Of a stretch of 64,000 nucleotides of DNA, positions 18,971 to 28,380 are shown one piece after another. This stretch comes from Nitrospirota bacterium. Its GTDB lineage: Bacteria; Nitrospirota; Thermodesulfovibrionia; Thermodesulfovibrionales; Dissulfurispiraceae. The notes below the pieces were generated by a model that worked only from the letters and a program-made list of their open reading frames with translations, was not told where the DNA came from and made no database searches. How positions within the stretch are numbered: position 1 is the first letter of the stretch; every line of letters begins with the position of its first letter. The stretch spans positions 576,001 through 640,000 of the forward strand of contig CAWBMP010000002.1 in assembly GCA_963790025.1 (NCBI GenBank), in the 5' to 3' direction. Position numbers and translations under genes: made by a program.

Positions 18971-19217
18971 TTCTTTGACTGACCTTGATGGCAATAAGGT
19001 CGACTGTGTCTCCCACATCTTTAAGTGATTGCAGTTCATCAAGTCCAAACTTAAAATGAAATTCCTTCTCGATAGCAACAATCAGGCTAATGTGGTTCAA
19101 CGAGTCCCAGTCTTCGATGTCCTTGGCGGCAGTCTCTCTCCTGATAACCAGCGTCTCATCATCGAATATTTCCCTGAAGATTTCCTGCATCCGATCCAAA
19201 ATAGCACTTTTATCCAT
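18951..19217 (-). CDS. Acyl carrier protein
   Basis: Acidic small protein with WDSLNH phosphopantetheine site; ATG 19217 overlaps the end of fkbH. Confidence 0.92.
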   Translation of the reverse strand: MDKSAILDRMQEIFREIFDDETLVIRRETAAKDIEDWDSLNHISLIVAIEKEFHFKFGLDELQSLKDVGDTVDLIAIKVSQRSELLSF

Positions 19218-21039
19218 GAACAATCCTTATTGTTGTACTTTTATTGCAGTACTGCTCCGGAAGTCTTAAGCTCCATACGGCATCCCCGTTATCTTCGCAA
19301 CTACCACCCCGAAGATCTTCGATCTTCGGGGACCCCGGCCCTTCCGGTACAAATCCAAGAGTCTGATAAAGGTCCTTCACTATATTGTTCTTTGCCGTCT
19401 TGCGATAGCTGCCCCTGATGGATTCCATGCCACGCCGGTCGCACTCTCTTATGAATTCGTCGAACATTGCAAATTCCATCTCCCTTTTGAATACCCTGCA
19501 ACTCATGATCCATGCCTCGATTTCCACCTGCCGGTCTTTAATTACACCGATTATGACCGACACGATACCGTTGTCCCCAAAGCGATCGGTCAACTTCCCG
19601 TATAGCGCTACATAGTCCGTATTGTCCGCTATGGATACAACCTCCGAATGATTATAGCGCCGGCCCGTGAGATTAAACTGGTTCGTCTTGTTGAGCAACT
19701 GGGTAATACGATCCAGCGATATCAGGTCAAACTTCTTGATTAATGCTTCCATTTCAAGGGACCTGAGGAAATCTTCATAATTTGAGAATTTTTGCTGAAG
19801 AGCGGTCCTCTTCGCATTTTCAACATAAAGTTGAGACCGGCGCAAATCCTCATCCGACAGAGAAACGGTCTCGAAATAGCCTGCTTTGTCTATCACATCT
19901 ATGTAAGCGCTCACACCTTCGTCAGTCGCAGTGACGGCTACTTCAGGCAACTGGGATTTCACAAGCTCGCGCTCTACGCGGTTATCATCGATAAAAACCA
20001 GAGACTCTCTCCCGATGTTGAGTTCTGAAGCAATGTCCTTTATGTTTTCATGTTTTGGATTCCAGTTCACCTTGAAGGCCGCAAAATCATCAGGATGTAA
20101 AACATTGCCCGGATGACTGAATCCCTCGTGAGCGGATTCCAGCTCGTTTTTCGAGCATACGGCAAGTATAATGCCTTTTCCCCTGAGAATTCGTACGTAT
20201 TCCTGAAACTCAACGTAGGCCTCGCCCAAGGCCGTTTCCCTGCCGATTTGCAAGCCTTCCACGCCGTCGTCTCCCACTACGCCACCCCACAACGTGTCAT
20301 CCAGATCCAGCACCAGACATTTCCTGCTCTTGCCGAGCAACGATTTTATAAGAGCCGCTATGTTGTGCGCGAGGTATGGAATGGCCTCGTAACTGAGGGC
20401 ATACTTTGCAAGATGCCAAAGTCTCCTGTCATACCAGCGGCTGAGGCCCAGCCATGATGACAGGTAGTTTATGTCGTTAATATAAAAATTGGATGTTTTT
20501 CCGGCAAACTCGGCAAATTCCCTGTTCAGCCGCATTATATAATTCACTCTGCCTCTTGCATCTGAAAAATCAAGATTCCCTAATGCCCGGAAAGATGGAA
20601 GTTCAAAATTATTCTGTATGATTACGCAGCCGTAATCCTTGCGAATAGCTTGCCACATGCCAATATAGCGTCCCAACTCCCCGGCCGCCATGGAATCGAT
20701 ATGAGAAGCGCTGTCCTTCATGCCAGGATAGCGGGTAATATTCAGCGAGGTGGTATGAATATAAATGATATCGGGATTGAATTCCTTTAACTGCCTGTTG
20801 TCAAACACCGCCTCCTCGTAATATCTATTGAAATCCGACTCATAAAACTCCGGCATTATGCCGCTATACAGCAGAAAAAGCTCCAGGATCTCCTTTATTT
20901 CGTGAGTTGTAGAGCCGCCAAGGATCGCGATCTTTTTATCGATTAAACCTGTTTGCTGTAACAGTCCTTTTTTAATTGATTTCTTTTTTCTTAAAACAAC
21001 AAAAGGGTCAAAAGGATATTCAAGTTCTATGCATGCCAT
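19210..21039 (-). CDS. fkbH: FkbH-like glyceryl-ACP synthase (HAD-IIIC with C-terminal acyltransferase-like domain)
   Basis: LDLDDTLWGG, CSKN, FIDDN, KTNQFNLT, DRFGDNG, MSCRV. Confidence 0.92.
   Translation of the reverse strand: MACIELEYPFDPFVVLRKKKSIKKGLLQQTGLIDKKIAILGGSTTHEIKEILELFLLYSGIMPEFYESDFNRYYEEAVFDNRQLKEFNPDIIYIHTTSLNITRYPGMKDSASHIDSMAAGELGRYIGMWQAIRKDYGCVIIQNNFELPSFRALGNLDFSDARGRVNYIMRLNREFAEFAGKTSNFYINDINYLSSWLGLSRWYDRRLWHLAKYALSYEAIPYLAHNIAALIKSLLGKSRKCLVLDLDDTLWGGVVGDDGVEGLQIGRETALGEAYVEFQEYVRILRGKGIILAVCSKNELESAHEGFSHPGNVLHPDDFAAFKVNWNPKHENIKDIASELNIGRESLVFIDDNRVERELVKSQLPEVAVTATDEGVSAYIDVIDKAGYFETVSLSDEDLRRSQLYVENAKRTALQQKFSNYEDFLRSLEMEALIKKFDLISLDRITQLLNKTNQFNLTGRRYNHSEVVSIADNTDYVALYGKLTDRFGDNGIVSVIIGVIKDRQVEIEAWIMSCRVFKREMEFAMFDEFIRECDRRGMESIRGSYRKTAKNNIVKDLYQTLGFVPEGPGSPKIEDLRGGSCEDNGDAVWSLRLPEQYCNKSTTIRIVHG
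19307..19331. repeat. Perfect 11-bp hairpin inside fkbH
   Basis: CCCCGAAGATC-TTC-GATCTTCGGGG. Confidence 0.85.
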
Positions 21040-22088
21040 AGGATAAACCCCTTTTCCCCGAAGACACCCGTAATAGTAGCCCCCTTTATCTCAGATACCC
21101 GGTCACCATAAACCAGGCACGTTGAGGGCATGAGGCGCGTGATATCCATATAGCCGTACCGGTGATGCCGGCCAAAAGAACAGTTTGAAAACACTATGCA
21201 ATCTATCTCTTCCCTCGGGAACAGTTTTAATATACTTCCGCCAATGCTGTCCATGATCGGCAGTGTTATGTTCAGAGAATCGAGGACCTGCACATAATTC
21301 AGACCATTATGTCTGTTCCGGACGAATTGGACCAGCAAATATCCTTTCATAACATCCTGTCCTTCCTCGTAAACCCCCATTAATCTTTTGTTGCTGTCGT
21401 TTTGGAGGATCCACGTCATATCTTCAACATACACATTCGAACTCGCCTGTTGTAATTCTCTAACTGACACGGCGTCAAAAACCTCGGCAGCCTTATAGCG
21501 TCTGCTATTCAGTCGCGTGAAACAAAGTATTTCCTCATAAAGACGAAACAAAACGAAACATGCCCGAGAAAACAAAGATACCGGAAGAAAAGGCAGTTTC
21601 AAATTTTTTTTTGCAGCCGCGTACGCAACAATCCTGTGGGAAAGCGGCCTCATAAGGGTTTTTTGTTCCCCGCTCATATTGATGCAGCCGAATTTCAATG
21701 AGATTTCACTCACCATGTCAGAGGCCGTGGAGGTCACCATGATATCTTTTTTCTGACGATAAAAAGCAAAGAACAGGTAGAGAGAATGTTTCCTGTAATC
21801 CGGAGCCACGTACCAGGTGGTCGGACTCACTGTCGTAAACTGCTTGTCCGCGTAACGGTAATCGGCAGGTATGCTTCCCAGGAAACCTTGCAGATAGTCC
21901 CTACGGCTGTCATCGGCAATGACCCATCCGTATGGATCGTCACTTCTGAAATAAGGATTTCTCAGCCACCAGAAATCGAAATTAACCAGGTATTCCTGTA
22001 CGCTGAACCGGGGCAGGGCATTCGCAGCCAGGAACTCAGCCAAAGTCGCAAACTCATCCTTCCGCAATTCCCTGACAGATATTGTCAT
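21027..22088 (-). CDS. Putative GNAT-fold acyltransferase
   Basis: FDFWWLRNP, GFLGSIP, TWYVAPDYRKHSL resembles the GNAT acyl-donor motif; overlaps the fkbH start. Confidence 0.5.
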   Translation of the reverse strand: MTISVRELRKDEFATLAEFLAANALPRFSVQEYLVNFDFWWLRNPYFRSDDPYGWVIADDSRRDYLQGFLGSIPADYRYADKQFTTVSPTTWYVAPDYRKHSLYLFFAFYRQKKDIMVTSTASDMVSEISLKFGCINMSGEQKTLMRPLSHRIVAYAAAKKNLKLPFLPVSLFSRACFVLFRLYEEILCFTRLNSRRYKAAEVFDAVSVRELQQASSNVYVEDMTWILQNDSNKRLMGVYEEGQDVMKGYLLVQFVRNRHNGLNYVQVLDSLNITLPIMDSIGGSILKLFPREEIDCIVFSNCSFGRHHRYGYMDITRLMPSTCLVYGDRVSEIKGATITGVFGEKGFILWHA

Positions 22089-22106
22089 CGCATCAGTCTG
22101 CTCATG

Positions 22107-23048
22107 CTATTTTTGATGCCTGTGAAACACACGCAACATCCCCTCAAAATACGAATACGGGAGAAAAGTCAGGAAGTAAAAGGCGGACAATTTCGGAGAG
22201 TGTGTCAAGTATGGAATTACCATCTCCCGAATTTTTGACGGTGATTCTCCGCGCTTCCAGGCCCCTATAGCTTCAAAGTAAGTTGTTCTGGCCTCGAGTT
22301 TTCTCATCTCCGGGCCATGTCTTTCTGAAAACTCAGGGTATAATAAAAGATACTTCTCCAACATCATCCTATACTCCTTGCCGAGAACGTCTCTTCTCAG
22401 CCGGGTGAGGTTCCCTTCGTGGACCCTGCATTTCGCAAGTATCTCGGGAACATAATCAACCTTCCAATTATATGAGATACGGGTAAAGAGATCGGCATCC
22501 CCTATAATATCGAAACGATTATCGAACCACTCCTTAAGGCCCTTCAGACATTCCCTCCGGATAGCGACTGTCAGAAACGGAAGAAAATAGGAAGTCAGAA
22601 GTCGCTCAAAGACCATTCCGCTGTAAAATCTTCCAGGTTTTGTATGCAGCCATTGCCTGCCGGTGTGCTCGTTGAACATGATTGTGTTGGAGTAAACAAT
22701 ACCAACATTCTGAGATTTCTCGAAAACGACTATCTGTTTTTCGAGTTTTTCCGGCAACCATATATCATCACAATCGAGAAAACTTATAAATTCGCCTTTA
22801 GCCTTCGCGAGCGCAAGATTCCGGGCGGCATACAGGGGGACTGTTCTATCTCCCATGAAATACCGCAACCTCCCGTCGTATGACCGGGCTATCTCCGCGC
22901 TGCTGTCTGTGGATGCGTTATCCCAAAATACAATTTCCCAGTCTTTACTGATTTGTGAGTACACACTTTCGATCGCTTCACGCAGGTATTCCGCGCCATT
23001 GTAACAGTTCATAATAACACTGACTTTAGGAGTATCTGCCATTCGCAA
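22107..23048 (-). CDS. GT2 family glycosyltransferase
   Basis: VSVIMNCYN, DNASTD, ARNLAL, FLDCDD. Confidence 0.92.
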   Translation of the reverse strand: MRMADTPKVSVIMNCYNGAEYLREAIESVYSQISKDWEIVFWDNASTDSSAEIARSYDGRLRYFMGDRTVPLYAARNLALAKAKGEFISFLDCDDIWLPEKLEKQIVVFEKSQNVGIVYSNTIMFNEHTGRQWLHTKPGRFYSGMVFERLLTSYFLPFLTVAIRRECLKGLKEWFDNRFDIIGDADLFTRISYNWKVDYVPEILAKCRVHEGNLTRLRRDVLGKEYRMMLEKYLLLYPEFSERHGPEMRKLEARTTYFEAIGAWKRGESPSKIREMVIPYLTHSPKLSAFYFLTFLPYSYFEGMLRVFHRHQK

Positions 23049-23051
23049 GCC

Positions 23052-23504
23052 CTAAAAAGAAAAAGGTATCCTCTTATCGAAAGGATCGAGCCCTTCCGAC
23101 TCGGTTGGATCGTGATGTATATCCGTGCAATTTGCAATAAGGGCCGGGACCGTCGAAATTCCCTTGAATCCATACCATATCATCGGCGGTATGATCACCA
23201 GGCAAAAGTTGCTCTCTCCTGTCTCCAGGGAGTAAACGTTCCCAAACGAAGATGAATTGTGACGGTCATCGTAAAAAGCCAGATGGACCATGCCGACAGG
23301 TACGGCAAGACGCTGGGTCATCCTGGAATGCCTCTTCCACGCCTTTATCGCTCCCGGATTCACGACGGAAAAATATATCTCGCCAAATCTCGAAAAGAGG
23401 GGCGAATCGTCCCTCAGCATATGCATTACCCTGCCGCGTTCGTCAGCCATCTGTTTCAACGGCTGTATTACAACCCCTTCAATCATACCGGTCTCTTTAA
23501 TCAT
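23052..23504 (-). CDS. RmlC-like NDP-4-keto-sugar epimerase (short cupin)
   Basis: DERGRVMHMLR, FGEIYFS, KAWKRH, IPPMIWYGF. Start at ATG 23504 or 23486; the longer ORF-track start lies deep inside rfbF. Confidence 0.85.
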   Translation of the reverse strand: MIKETGMIEGVVIQPLKQMADERGRVMHMLRDDSPLFSRFGEIYFSVVNPGAIKAWKRHSRMTQRLAVPVGMVHLAFYDDRHNSSSFGNVYSLETGESNFCLVIIPPMIWYGFKGISTVPALIANCTDIHHDPTESEGLDPFDKRIPFSF

Positions 23505-24270
23505 TCCAGATCTTCCAGGGCGCCTCGCCGCCCGACCAGAGTTCTTCGAGCAATTTCTTGTCTCTGAGCATGTCCATACATTGCCAGAACCCCGCATGTT
23601 TATATGCCATAAGCTGACCGTTTTTTGCAAGCATTTCGAGAGGATCTCTTTCCAGAATAGTATTATCGTCGGTGAGATAGTCGAACACCTCGGGCTCGAA
23701 AACAAAAAAGCCGCCATTGATCCAACCCTCCCCTGTCTGCGGCTTTTCGGTAAACTTAACAACCGAATCTCCCTCAAACATCATCCCGCCAAACCGGGGT
23801 GTGGGCCTGACTGCCGTCACCGTAGCTATCTTTTTGTGGGACTTGTGAAAAGCGACCAGCTCCCGGATATTAACATTGGACACGCCGTCTCCGTATGTCA
23901 GCATAAAAGTTTCCTTGTCCAATCTGTCCCTCAGCCTGAGAAGCCTTCCTCCCGTCATACTGCTGAATCCTGAATCAACAAGGTGCACCGTCCAATCCCG
24001 ATAACAATTCTTCCTTGCTGTCACCTCTCCTGTCTTCAGGGATATGGTGAGATCGCTCTGAAAATTATAATAGTTGAGAAAATATTCCTTGATTACTTCC
24101 CCTTTATATCCGAGGGCGATAAGAAAATCATCATATCCGTATGAGCTGTAAATATTCATAATATGCCAGAGGATAGGTTTTCCCCCTATCTCTACCATCG
24201 GTTTGGGCTTTACTACCGTTTCCTCGCTGAGCCGCGTGCCCAGCCCACCTGATAGAATTACAACCTTCAT
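23497..24270 (-). CDS. rfbF: Glucose-1-phosphate cytidylyltransferase
   Basis: MKVVILSGGLGTRLSEET, PKPMVEIGGKPILWHIM, MTGGR, TYGDG, FWQCMD; GGAGG RBS before ATG 24270. Confidence 0.96.
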   Translation of the reverse strand: MKVVILSGGLGTRLSEETVVKPKPMVEIGGKPILWHIMNIYSSYGYDDFLIALGYKGEVIKEYFLNYYNFQSDLTISLKTGEVTARKNCYRDWTVHLVDSGFSSMTGGRLLRLRDRLDKETFMLTYGDGVSNVNIRELVAFHKSHKKIATVTAVRPTPRFGGMMFEGDSVVKFTEKPQTGEGWINGGFFVFEPEVFDYLTDDNTILERDPLEMLAKNGQLMAYKHAGFWQCMDMLRDKKLLEELWSGGEAPWKIWND

Positions 24271-24285
24271 AGCACCTCCATACTT

Positions 24286-24361
24286 AACCACAGAGAGCAC
24301 AGAGCAAAATCTTTGATATCAAAAAGACTTATGGACATTCCCCTCTGAGTTCTCTGTGGTT
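24286..24361. repeat. REP-like CACAGAG inverted-repeat element, copy C
   Basis: AACCACAGAGAGCACAGAG (24286..24304) and CTCTGAGTTCTCTGTGGTT (24343..24361): 19-bp arms, 17/19 complementary, 38-bp spacer. Confidence 0.85.
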
Positions 24362-24374
24362 GATTTTTTTGGTC

Positions 24375-25310
24375 TCATATATTATTTCGATAAGAATCGA
24401 TAGTCTGTATAAGTCCCTCGGCAAGGCTTACACCGGGCTCCCAGCCTATCAATTCCCCGGCAAGATCTATATTCGCATACAACGCCATATTTTCGCCCTT
24501 CCTGTATGGATAAGCACCCCAGAGCGGGGTCCCCTTTCCAGTCAGTCTTACCACTTCCTCCACCACGGAGCGAATTGTCACGGGAATGCCGGAGGCAAGG
24601 TTAATGATATGCCCATGCGCCGCCGGTGAAACCGCCGCACCGATCATGCCTTTCACAATATCATCCACATGGCAGAAATCCCTCAACTGTTCTCCCGCAG
24701 ACGTCCTGAACTCCTGATCCCTCAGACATGCCCTGATAATCTGGGGAAGAAATCTTTTCTCATCCTGGCCCGGACCGTATACAAGGAAGAGCCTGAGCAC
24801 AACACCCGGAAAACCTTCGGTCCTGGAGATAGTTTGTATGAACTGAGATGCCGCTGCCTTGGCCAAAGAGTAAGGCGAAAACGGAGACTCACGCATGGAT
24901 TCCCTTTGCGGCGCGGGCGCACTGCCATATTCATCACTGCTGCCTGTCTGGACAAACCCTTTCAAGCTTTTCATGTCAAGGCAGTCAATAAGGTTCAGCA
25001 GGCCCTGAAAGTGGGTTTCTATGACCTTCCTTCCCCCCTGAAAATAGGGAGAATGATCTATATATCCGCCAAGACTTAAGACATAATCGAAAGACCTGCC
25101 GGAGATGACCTTTGTCAAGGCTTCCCTGTCGCAAAGGTCGGCGCACAGTATCTCCACATCCTGTTCAGGCCCGATGCCTGAAATACCGGGTCGAACACCC
25201 AGGCAGGTAACATAAGGTGTGCTTTCCAGGCATTTTGATGCCAGATGTTTTCCGATAAATCCTGTACCGCCTGCAATCAGGACCCGCTGGCTGCTATCTA
25301 TTGTCCTCAT
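24375..25310 (-). CDS. NAD-dependent NDP-sugar reductase/epimerase (CDP-abequose/paratose synthase-like SDR)
   Basis: AGGTGFIG, GSSDEYG, YSLAK. Confidence 0.8.
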   Translation of the reverse strand: MRTIDSSQRVLIAGGTGFIGKHLASKCLESTPYVTCLGVRPGISGIGPEQDVEILCADLCDREALTKVISGRSFDYVLSLGGYIDHSPYFQGGRKVIETHFQGLLNLIDCLDMKSLKGFVQTGSSDEYGSAPAPQRESMRESPFSPYSLAKAAASQFIQTISRTEGFPGVVLRLFLVYGPGQDEKRFLPQIIRACLRDQEFRTSAGEQLRDFCHVDDIVKGMIGAAVSPAAHGHIINLASGIPVTIRSVVEEVVRLTGKGTPLWGAYPYRKGENMALYANIDLAGELIGWEPGVSLAEGLIQTIDSYRNNI

Positions 25311-25312
25311 TT

Positions 25313-26818
25313 TTATAACTCGAACGCATCAGCAATATTTTCTTCGGTAGGTTCGCAAAAAAACATCTTCCTGTATTCACCGGCGAAGTGCGCTATCTCA
25401 TCAGGGCGGTCCTGCAATAGCTGCTCAAATTTCCGGAGGTAGCGGACCAAAAGCTCGGTCGTGTCAGCTTCGTCCCATACTATCCCCTTGCCATATTCGG
25501 GGAGCGGATTGAAATCAAGCCTTGTCCGGTTTCTTACTGCAATAACCGGAATGCCGAGGCTGACAGCTTCAATAAGCGTGCCGCTCGCGGCGCCGATGAC
25601 TATCTTCGTTCCTTCGAACAGATCATGGATATTGTCATCAACCAATATTAACCCTTGCGGAAGTAACCGGCCAATGGCCGCCTTATCCGCCGCTGGATGC
25701 GGCTTGACAAGGATACCGGTAAATAAATCGCTGTCATTGTTCAGCAGGCTCAGAATACCGTCCGTTCCTTCGTTCTGGGGGAGCAGGACCAAGATTTTCT
25801 CCTGCTTTTTCCTGTGAGGAATTCCCCTGAAAATATGTGAGTATCGTAAAGAAGGACCGACAGCATAATTAAGCCCAGTGTTCTCCGGCATATAAAAAGG
25901 GCCGTTGACCACTATTTTGTCGGGGACAATGCCGAACGCAAGCTCTTTTTCGTCACTTCTGATGTTGAGATCATTGCTGGAGTATAACAAAAGCTGGGCC
26001 CCGTAAATACTGACTTTATCATCAACACTCCTTAATCCCTTATAAAGCGTTTTATTGAGGGCCTTGTTTTCATACCAGCTTATTATTTTTATGCGCGCAT
26101 ACGGGAGTTTTGCAATGCGTTTACCCTGAGCATATCGCGAGAAGCTGTAAAACGTGACATGGTCAAGTGTGTCTATCAGTTCATATTTGAGAAGAGCGGC
26201 ATCATATGAATTTTCTTCAAGTGTCTTCAGGAACCTGAGCACATGAAAAGGATAACTGATCAGAAAAAAGAAAATATACGCCAGGTCGGACATGGAGAGC
26301 AACTGGTATTCCGTCAATAAGCTGACTTTTTGCCGCTTCAGAATTTTCAAAATATCATAAAGGCCCGTGACCCTTTTTGTGCTGTAAAATACAGGCAGGT
26401 ATGCGTAAACAATTTTTCTCTTTTTCAATACGTCCTCGAGTCCGGGGAAATAAGGGTCCACAAAGGCATCGGCATCACGGATATTGTCGACAAGAAAAAA
26501 AGTATCAATCAGAAGCAGTTCCTTATTTTCATCCGGAAAATCGAAGCGGTTGTTTGCGACCATATACTCTATGAATTTCAGGGAGTAAAAAAAGAAGTGC
26601 AGAAAACTTTTTATATAATATTTCAGAAGTTGAAATAATACATATAAAATATTCGGCCTTCCAACGGTTTCACCGCTGACATAGCGCCGCAGAAAGCCGT
26701 TATTGGACGGTTCCTTGCACAAGACCTGATTCGCCATAAGAAAGACATCGTTGAACGCCCGGGAGTTAGCATCCGACAACGCATCGTATGCCTCTTTACA
26801 TCTTCCCCGCAGTACCAT
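25313..26818 (-). CDS. Hypothetical protein, possible GT-B-fold transferase
   Basis: 501 aa; VGPSLRY, VKPHP, SGTLIEAVSLGIPVI resemble the C-terminal domain of CMP/CDP-dependent GT-B transferases. Confidence 0.5.
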   Translation of the reverse strand: MVLRGRCKEAYDALSDANSRAFNDVFLMANQVLCKEPSNNGFLRRYVSGETVGRPNILYVLFQLLKYYIKSFLHFFFYSLKFIEYMVANNRFDFPDENKELLLIDTFFLVDNIRDADAFVDPYFPGLEDVLKKRKIVYAYLPVFYSTKRVTGLYDILKILKRQKVSLLTEYQLLSMSDLAYIFFFLISYPFHVLRFLKTLEENSYDAALLKYELIDTLDHVTFYSFSRYAQGKRIAKLPYARIKIISWYENKALNKTLYKGLRSVDDKVSIYGAQLLLYSSNDLNIRSDEKELAFGIVPDKIVVNGPFYMPENTGLNYAVGPSLRYSHIFRGIPHRKKQEKILVLLPQNEGTDGILSLLNNDSDLFTGILVKPHPAADKAAIGRLLPQGLILVDDNIHDLFEGTKIVIGAASGTLIEAVSLGIPVIAVRNRTRLDFNPLPEYGKGIVWDEADTTELLVRYLRKFEQLLQDRPDEIAHFAGEYRKMFFCEPTEENIADAFEL

Positions 26819-27479
26819 TCAATCCTTCCTGTTTGCTGTCCATGCCGTCCAGACATAGTTTCAGACCGGTCAAATCAGTGACTTTTAAGCAATCGTATCC
26901 CGCAAAAAGGGCCTCGTTGCCGCGTATTCGGGCTATGAATTTCATGCCATGAGCCTTTGCAGCTTCATAATCGCTCAATGCGTCTCCTATGTAAACATAC
27001 TCATTCACTGAAAATTCGTTCGATGATATAATGTTCCCGACAATTTCGCCCTTCGGGCATGGAGCGCCAAAAATACCCTTGAAAAATTGGGCCATTCCTC
27101 GCCTTCTTACAATCTCTGCGATTTCTGCGTGAGGGGTTGCCGAGGCCACGAAAAAGCTTAAAATAGCGTAATTCTCTTCAATGAATTCCCGGGCGCCTTT
27201 GACATAGGGGGCTTTTACCACTTCGTCCACTACCAACTGCGCAAATCTTTCGCATAAAGATCCAAAATCCTTTTCCGAAAGCTGCCTTTTAAGGACCGTG
27301 TCGAAAATATATTTTATCTTCTCAAACCTTGAAACACCGGAATTCTCCAGATGATAATCGACTATCCTGTTTACAGCTTCCGTTCCTTCATCCTGAAAAA
27401 GCGCGGCAAATGCCCTCGTTTTGATGTCCACAGACTCTGCCAACACCCCGTCGAAATCGAAAATGACCGCCTTAATCAC
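26796..27479 (-). CDS. HAD-IA phosphatase
   Basis: IFDFDGVL, VASATP, YIGDALSD. GTG start at 27479 (or 27491). Confidence 0.88.
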   Translation of the reverse strand: MIKAVIFDFDGVLAESVDIKTRAFAALFQDEGTEAVNRIVDYHLENSGVSRFEKIKYIFDTVLKRQLSEKDFGSLCERFAQLVVDEVVKAPYVKGAREFIEENYAILSFFVASATPHAEIAEIVRRRGMAQFFKGIFGAPCPKGEIVGNIISSNEFSVNEYVYIGDALSDYEAAKAHGMKFIARIRGNEALFAGYDCLKVTDLTGLKLCLDGMDSKQEGLNGTAGKM

Positions 27480-28380
27480 CGGAAACACCACCCAGGAGAT
27501 TTTTCACGGCCTGCATTTCCATTTCCACTCGTGCTTCTCTTGCATACGAGCCGATATGCGGCGTCAAAATAACGTTGTCAAGCTCAGTCAGCGGGCCGTG
27601 GTACGGCTCATCTTCAAAAACATCCATTGCAGCGCCCGATAGCTTTCCCCTCTTGAGCGCGTCATACAGGGCATGCTCATCGATAACTCCGCCGCGGGAA
27701 GTATTCACTATCCACGCTCCGTCCCGCATGGAGGCTATTTCGCTTTCTCCGATCAGTCTGTCCCTGACAGGGACATGGAAGGACAGGACCTCTGCCCAGC
27801 CAAGGAGTTCCTTCATGTCCATGCACCTGGAGCTGAAAGGGCATTCCCGGGGAGCGGGGTCCGCATACGCGATTTCACACGAAAACGGCTGCAGCATTTC
27901 CGCCACTTTTCTTCCTATCCGGCCGTATCCTATTATCCCGGCCCTCTTCCCCCAAAGAAGATTGCCCATCTGTTTTTTCCAGGTCCCTCTTCTCATGCCG
28001 GCATCCATGAGAGTGACCTTACGGAGCAGGTCCAGTATCAGCCCGATGGTCAACTCGGCAACGGCCTGCGTAGGCCCATATGGTGTATTGAAAACCTTTA
28101 TCCCGAGGGCAGCAGCGGCTTTCAGGTCAACACTATCCATGCCCACTCCACACCGGGAAATCACTTTCAGCCTTCCCGCGGAATCGAGGACTTTCCGTGT
28201 AAGGGCTTCTGTGCCTGCTATCAGGAAATCGGCATCTGAAAGAAATCCCATTACCTCGTCTTCGGTAAGTTTCCTGCCATGGGGGTTGCACTGGGTCGCG
28301 AGACCTGCTTCTTTCAGCATCAATAAAGGTCTGTCGTCGTATTTCGCGAAAGAGGATGTGGAGATAAATACCTTTTTCAT
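27472..28380 (-). CDS. D-2-hydroxyacid dehydrogenase (SerA-like, no ACT domain)
   Basis: GVGMDSVD, GYGRIG, NTSRGG, DVFEDEP, TPHIG. Confidence 0.9.
   Translation of the reverse strand: MKKVFISTSSFAKYDDRPLLMLKEAGLATQCNPHGRKLTEDEVMGFLSDADFLIAGTEALTRKVLDSAGRLKVISRCGVGMDSVDLKAAAALGIKVFNTPYGPTQAVAELTIGLILDLLRKVTLMDAGMRRGTWKKQMGNLLWGKRAGIIGYGRIGRKVAEMLQPFSCEIAYADPAPRECPFSSRCMDMKELLGWAEVLSFHVPVRDRLIGESEIASMRDGAWIVNTSRGGVIDEHALYDALKRGKLSGAAMDVFEDEPYHGPLTELDNVILTPHIGSYAREARVEMEMQAVKNLLGGVSGD

Noticed and set aside
18554..21039. Polyketide or tetronate cluster
   Set aside because: No ketosynthase, FabH-like or NRPS genes; the context is glycan biosynthesis.
23505..23777. Long N-terminal extensions in the ORF track (also at 19081, 33830, 43575, 47039, 59642, 63394)
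   Set aside because: They overlap upstream genes and lack family similarity; downstream starts fit coupling or RBS evidence better.
24286..24361. Resemblance of CACAGAG to the RAG/Transib heptamer CACAGTG, or element C as an IS/MITE
   Set aside because: No nonamer, no transposase and no target-site duplication that I could see; a 6/7 match is uninformative.
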